From positions 261,826,001-261,890,000 of the forward strand of contig OZ024741.1 of the NCBI GenBank assembly GCA_964016885.1: a stretch of 64,000 nucleotides of DNA, given 5' to 3'. Position numbers and translations under genes: made by a program. The stretch's first letter is position 1, and the number at the start of each line of letters is the position of its first letter. The notes under the pieces were generated by a model. That model searched no databases and was not told the origin of the DNA. It was given only the letters and a program-made list of their open reading frames with translations. This document shows positions 57,801-64,000 of this stretch, one piece after another. This DNA is from Eledone cirrhosa (Eukaryota).

Positions 57801-60800
57801 CCTCTGTCAACACCATCCTCTACCCCACCAAGGAAGTCTATCTTGCCTCTGGTTAAAACATCCTCTACCCCAACGAGGAAGTCTACCTTGCCTCTGATGA
57901 CACCATCCTCTACCCCACTGAGGAAGTCTACTTTGCCTCTGGTGACACCATCCTCTACCCCACCGAAGAAGTCTACCTTGCCTCTGTCAACACCATCCTC
58001 TACCCCACCGAGGAAGTCTACCTTGCCTCTGTCAACACCATCCTCTACCCCACCGAGGAAGTCTACCTTGCCTCTGTCAACACCATCCTCTACCTCACCG
58101 AGGAAGTCTACCTGGCCTCTGACAACACCATCCTCTACCCCACCGAGGAAGTCTACCTTGCCTCTGTCAACACCATCCTCTACCTCACCGAGGAAGTCTA
58201 CCTTGCCTCTGACAACACCATCCTCTACCCCACCGAGGAAGTCTACCTTGCCTTTGACAACACCATACTCTACCTCACCGAGGAAGTCTACCTTTTCTCA
58301 GTCAACACCATCCTCTACCCCACCGAGGAAGTCTACATTGCCTCTGACATCACCATCCTCTACCCCACCGAGGAAGTCTACCTTGCCTCTGACAACACCA
58401 TCCTCTACCCCACCGAGGAAGTCTACGTTGCCTCTGACAACACCATCCTCTACCCCACCGAGGAAGTCTACCTTGCCTCTGTCAACACGATCTTCTACCC
58501 CACCGAGGAAGTCTACCTTGCGTCTGACAACACCATCCTCTACCTTACCAAAGAAGTTACCTTGCCTCTGTCAACACCATCTTCTACCCCACCGAGGAAG
58601 TCTACCTTGCCTCAATCAAAACCATCCTCTACCCCACCAAGGAAGTCTACCTTGCCTCTGACAACACCATTCTCGACCTCACCGAGGAAGTCTACTATGC
58701 CTCTGACAACACCATCCTCTACCCCACCGAGGAAGTCTACCTTGCCTCAGACAACACCATCCTGTACCTCACCGAGGAAGTCTACCTTGCCTCTACAACA
58801 CCATCCTCTACCCCACCGAGGAAGTCTACTTTGCCTCAGACAACACCATCCTGTACCTCACCGAGGAAGTCTACCTTGCCTCTGTCAACACCATCCTCTA
58901 CCCCACCGAGGAAGTCTACCTTGCCTCAGACAACACCATCCACTACCCCACCGAGAAAGTCTACCTTGCCTCTGTCAACACCATCCTCTACCCCACCAAG
59001 GAAGTCTACCTTGCCTCTGACAACACCATCCTCTACCCCACCGAGGAAGTCTACCTTGCCTCAGACAACACCATCCTCTACCCCACCGAGAAAGTCTACC
59101 TTGCCTCAGTCAACACCATCCTCTACCCCACCAAGGAAGTCTACCTTGCCTCAGACAACACCATCCTCTACCCCACCGAGGAAGTCTACCTTGCCTCTGT
59201 CAACACCATCCTCTACCTCACCGAGGAAGTCTAGCTTGCCTCTGTCAACACCATCCTCTACCCCACCGAAGAATTCTACTTTGCCTCTGATGACACCATC
59301 CTCTACCCTGCCGAGGAAGTCTACCTTGCCTCTGGTGAAAACATCCTCTACCACACCGAGGAAGTCTACCTTGCCTCTGTCAACACCATCCTCTACCCCA
59401 CCGAGGAAGTCTACCTTGCCTCTGCCAACACCATCCTCTACCCCACCGAGGAAGTCTACCGTGCCTCTGACAACACCATACTCTACCCCACCGAGGAAGT
59501 CTACCTTGCCTCTGTCAACACCATCCTCTACCTCACCGAGGAAGTCTACCTTGCCTCTGACAACACCATCCTCTACCCCACCGAGGAAGTCTACCTTGCC
59601 TCTGTCAACACCATCCTCTACCCCACCGAGGAAGTCTACCTTGCCTCTGTCAACACGATCCTCTACCCCACCGAGGAAGTCTACCTTGCCTCTGTCAACA
59701 CCATCCTCTACCTCACCGAGGAAGTCTACCTTGCCTCTGTCAACACCATCCTCTACCTCACCGAGGAAGTCTACCTAGCCTCTGACAACACCATCCTCTA
59801 CCCCACCGAGGAAGTCTACCTTGCCTCTGACAACACCATACTCTACCTCACCGAGGAAGTCTACCTTGCCTCTGACATCACCATCTTCTACCCCACCGAG
59901 GAAGTCTACCTTGCCTCTGTCAACACCATCCTCTACCTCACCGAGGAAGTCTACCTTGCCTCTGACATCACCATCCTCTACCCCACCGAGGAAGTCTACC
60001 TTGCCTCTGACAACACCATACTCTACCTCACCGAGGAAGTCTACCTTGCCTCTGACATCACCATCCTCTACCCCACCGAGGAAGTCTACCTTGCCTCTGT
60101 CAACACCATCCTCTACCTCACCGAGGAAGTCTACCTAGCCTCTGACAACACCATCCTCTACCCCACCGAGGAAGTCTACCTTGCCTCTGACAACACCATA
60201 CTCTACCCCGCCGAGGAAGTCTACCTTGCCCCTGACAACACCATCCTCTACCCCACCGAGGAATTCTACCTTGCCTCAGTCAACACCATCCTCTACCCCA
60301 CCGAGGAAGTTTACATTGCCTCTGACAACACCATCCTCTACCCCACCGAGGAATTCTACCTTGCCTCAGTCAACACCATCCTCTACCCCACCGAGGAATT
60401 CTACCTTGCCTCAGTCAACACCATCCTCTACCTCACCGAGGAAGTCTACCTTGCCTCTGTCAACACCATCCTCTACCTTACCGAAGAAGTTACCTTGCCT
60501 CTGTCAACACCATCTTCTACCCGACCGAGGAGTCTACCTTGCCTCAATCAAAACCATCCTCTACCCCACCGAGGAAGTCTACCTTGCCTCTGACAACACC
60601 ATTCTCGACCTCACCGAGGAAGTCTACCTTGCCTCTGTCAACACCATCCTCTACCCCACTGAGCAAGTTTACCATGCCTCTGTCAACACCTACCTCTACC
60701 TAACCGAGGAAGTCTAACTTGCCTGTGATAACACCATCCTCTACCCCACCGAGGAAGCCTACCTTGCCTCTGTCAACACCATCCTCTACCTCACCGAGGA

Positions 60801-63800
60801 AGTCTACCTTGCCTCTGTCAAAACCATCCTCTACCACACCGAGGAAGTCTACCTTGCCTCTGTCAACACCATCCTCTACCCCACCGAGGAAGTCTACCTT
60901 GCCTCTGACAACACCATCCACTACCCCACCGAGGAAGTCTACTTTGCCTCTGTCAACACCATCCTCTACTCCACCGAGGAAGTCTACCTTGCCTCTGTCA
61001 ACACCATCCTCAACCCCACCGAGGAAGTCTACCTTGCCTCTGTCAACACCATCCTCTACCTCACCGAGGAAGTCTACTTTGCCTCTGGTGACACCATCCT
61101 CTACCCCACCGAGGAAGTCTACCTTGCCTCTGGTTAAACCATCCTCTACCCCAACGAGGAAGTCTACCTTGCCTCTGATGACACCATCCTCTACCCCACT
61201 GAGGAAGTCAACCTTGCCTCTGAGGAAACCATCCTCTACCCCACCGAGGAAGTCAACCTTGCCTCTGTCTACACCATCCTCTACCCCACCGAGGAAGTCT
61301 ACCTTGCCTCTGACATCACCATCCTCTACCCCACCGAGGAAGTCTACCTTGCCTCTGACAACACCATCCTCTACCCCACCGAGGAAGTCTACCTTGCATC
61401 TGTCAACACCATCCTCTACCCCACCAAGGAAGTCTACCTTGCCTCTGTCAACAACATCCTCTACCCCACCGAGGAAGTCTACCTGGCCTCTGACAACACC
61501 ATCCTCTACCCCACCGAGGAAGTCTACCTTGCCTCTGTCAACACCATCCTCTACCTCACTGAGGAAGTCTACCTAGCCTCTGACAACACAATCCTCTACC
61601 CCACCGAGGAAGTCTACCTTGCCTCTGTCAACACCATCCTCTACCCCAGCGAGGAAGTCTACCTTGCCTCTGACAACACCATCCTCTACCCCACTGAGGA
61701 AGTCTACCTTGCCTCTGATGACACCATCCTCTACCCCACTGAGGAAGTCTACCTTGCCTCTTTCAACACCATCCTCTACCCCACCGAGGAAGTCTACCTT
61801 GCCTCTGATTACACGATCCTCTACCCCACTGAGGAAGTCTACCTTGCCTCTGACAACACCATCCTCTACCTCACCGAGGAAGTCTACCTTGCCTCTGACA
61901 ACACCATCCTCTACCCCACCAAGGAAGTCTACCTTGCCTCTGGTTAAAACATCCTCTACCCCAACGAGGAAGTCTACCTTGCCTCTGATGACACCATCCT
62001 CTACCCCACCGAGGAAGTCTACCTTGCCTCTGTCAACACCATCCTCTACCCCACCGAGGAAATATACCTTGCCTCTGTCAACACCATCCTCTACCCCACC
62101 AAGGAAGTCTACCTTGCCTCTGGTTAAAACATCCTCTACCCCAACGAGGAAGTCTACCTTGCCTCTGATGACACCATCCTCTACCCCACTGAGGAAGTCT
62201 ACTTTGCCTCTGGTGACACCATCCTCTACCCCACCGAAGAAGTCTACCTTGCCTCTGTCAACACCATCCTCTACCCCACCGAGGAAGTCTACCTTGCCTC
62301 TGTCAACACCATCCTCTACCCCACCGAGGAAGTCTACCTTGCCTCTGTCAACACCATCCTCTACCTCACCGAGGAAGTCTACCTGGCCTCTGACAACACC
62401 ATCCTCTACCCCACCGAGGAAGTCTACCTTGCCTCTGTCAACACCATCCTCTACCTCACCGAGGAAGTCTACCTTGCCTCTGACAACACCATCCTCTACC
62501 CCACCGAGGAAGTCTACCTTGCCTTTGACAACACCATACTCTACCTCACCGAGGAAGTCTACCTTGTCTCAGTCAACACCATCCTCTACCCCACCGAGGA
62601 AGTCTACATTGCCTCTGACATCACCATCCTCTACCCCACCGAGGAAGTCTACCTTGCCTCTGACAACACCATCCTCTACCCCACCGAGGAAGTCTACGTT
62701 GCCTCTGACAACACCATCCTCTACCCCACCGAGGAAGTCTACCTTGCCTCTGTCAACACGATCTTCTACCCCACCGAGGAAGTCTACCTTGCGTCTGACA
62801 ACACCATCCTCTACCTTACCAAAGAAGTTACCTTGCCTCTGTCAACACCATCTTCTACCCCACCGAGGAAGTCTACCTTGCCTCAATCAAAACCATCCTC
62901 TACCCCACCAAGGAAGTCTACCTTGCCTCTGACAACACCATTCTCGACCTCACCGAGGAAGTCTACTATGCCTCTGACAACACCATCCTCTACCCCACCG
63001 AGGAAGTCTACCTTGCCTCAGACAACACCATCCTGTACCTCACCGAGGAAGTCTACCTTGCCTCTACAACACCATCCTCTACCCCACCGAGGAAGTCTAC
63101 TTTGCCTCAGACAACACCATCCTGTACCTCACCGAGGAAGTCTACCTTGCCTCTGTCAACACCATCCTCTACCCCACCGAGGAAGTCTACCTTGCCTCAG
63201 ACAACACCATCCACTACCCCACCGAGAAAGTCTACCTTGCCTCTGTCAACACCATCCTCTACCCCACCAAGGAAGTCTACCTTGCCTCTGACAACACCAT
63301 CCTCTACCCCACCGAGGAAGTCTACCTTGCCTCAGACAACACCATCCTCTACCCCACCGAGAAAGTCTACCTTGCCTCAGTCAACACCATCCTCTACCCC
63401 ACCAAGGAAGTCTACCTTGCCTCAGACAACACCATCCTCTACCCCACCGAGGAAGTCTACCTTGCCTCTGTCAACACCATCCTCTACCTCACCAAGGAAG
63501 TCTAGCTTGCCTCTGTCAACACCATCCTCTACCCCACCGAAGAATTCTACTTTGCCTCTGATGACACCATCCTCTACCCTGCCGAGGAAGTCTACCTTGC
63601 CTCTGGTGAAAACATCCTCTACCACACCGAGGAAGTCTACCTTGCCTCTGTCAACACCATCCTCTACCCCACCGAGGAAGTCTACCTTGCCTCTGCCAAC
63701 ACCATCCTCTACCCCACCGAGGAAGTCTACCGTGCCTCTGACAACACCATACTCTACCCCACCTGGAAGTCTACCTTGCCTCTGTCAACACCATCCTCTA

Positions 63801-64000
63801 CCTCACCGAGGAAGTCTACCTTGCCTCTGACAACACCATCCTCTACCCCACCGAGGAAGTCTACCTTGCCTCTGTCAACACCATCCTCTACCCCACCGAG
63901 GAAGTCTACCTTGCCTCTGTCAACACCATCCTCTACCTCACCGAGGAAGTCTACCTTGCCTCTGTCAACACCATCCTCTACCTCACCGAGGAAGTCTACC
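51826..64000. repeat. 45-bp satellite array (>12 kb, runs off the window) with higher-order repeats
   Basis: Unit acaccatcctctaccccaccgaggaagtctaccttgcctctgtca. Variant patterns repeat at 810 bp and at ~4.0-4.3 kb. Confidence 0.97.

Noticed and set aside
51709-63830. Mucin-like or SPKK-like protein from the long S/T/P-rich ORFs
   Set aside because: Recurrent TAG stops and 1-bp frameshifts are copied with the higher-order repeat, and there is no signal peptide or unique domain. The open frame follows from a 45-bp unit without stops.

Overview
AT-rich, repeat-dense animal genomic DNA. Its repeat content and microsatellite style suggest a mollusc, probably a cephalopod (inference). The only host gene found is on the minus strand: six symmetric phase-1 exons between 45884 and 21834 that splice into one open frame. 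They encode a degenerate discoidin/F-type-lectin-like domain, an EGF-like module, an F-type lectin (FTP) domain and a second EGF-like module. The rest is mostly mobile DNA and satellites: several Penelope-like elements (PLEs) with GIY-YIG endonuclease, inverted 5' copies of their tails and hammerhead ribozymes; a decayed L1/Tx1 LINE; several RTE LINEs; tRNA-derived and RTE-tailed SINEs; non-autonomous Helitrons; a Gypsy-like LTR/gag relic; and 17-bp, 68-bp and 45-bp tandem arrays, two with higher-order structure. The most notable observation is a non-coding, highly self-complementary ~425-bp repeat family carrying a minimal type I hammerhead ribozyme. It occurs in partial tandem and 5'-inverted arrangements and looks like a retrozyme mobilised by Penelope machinery. 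Most short ORFs in the supplied track are microsatellite or satellite artefacts. All folding and alignment was done by eye.
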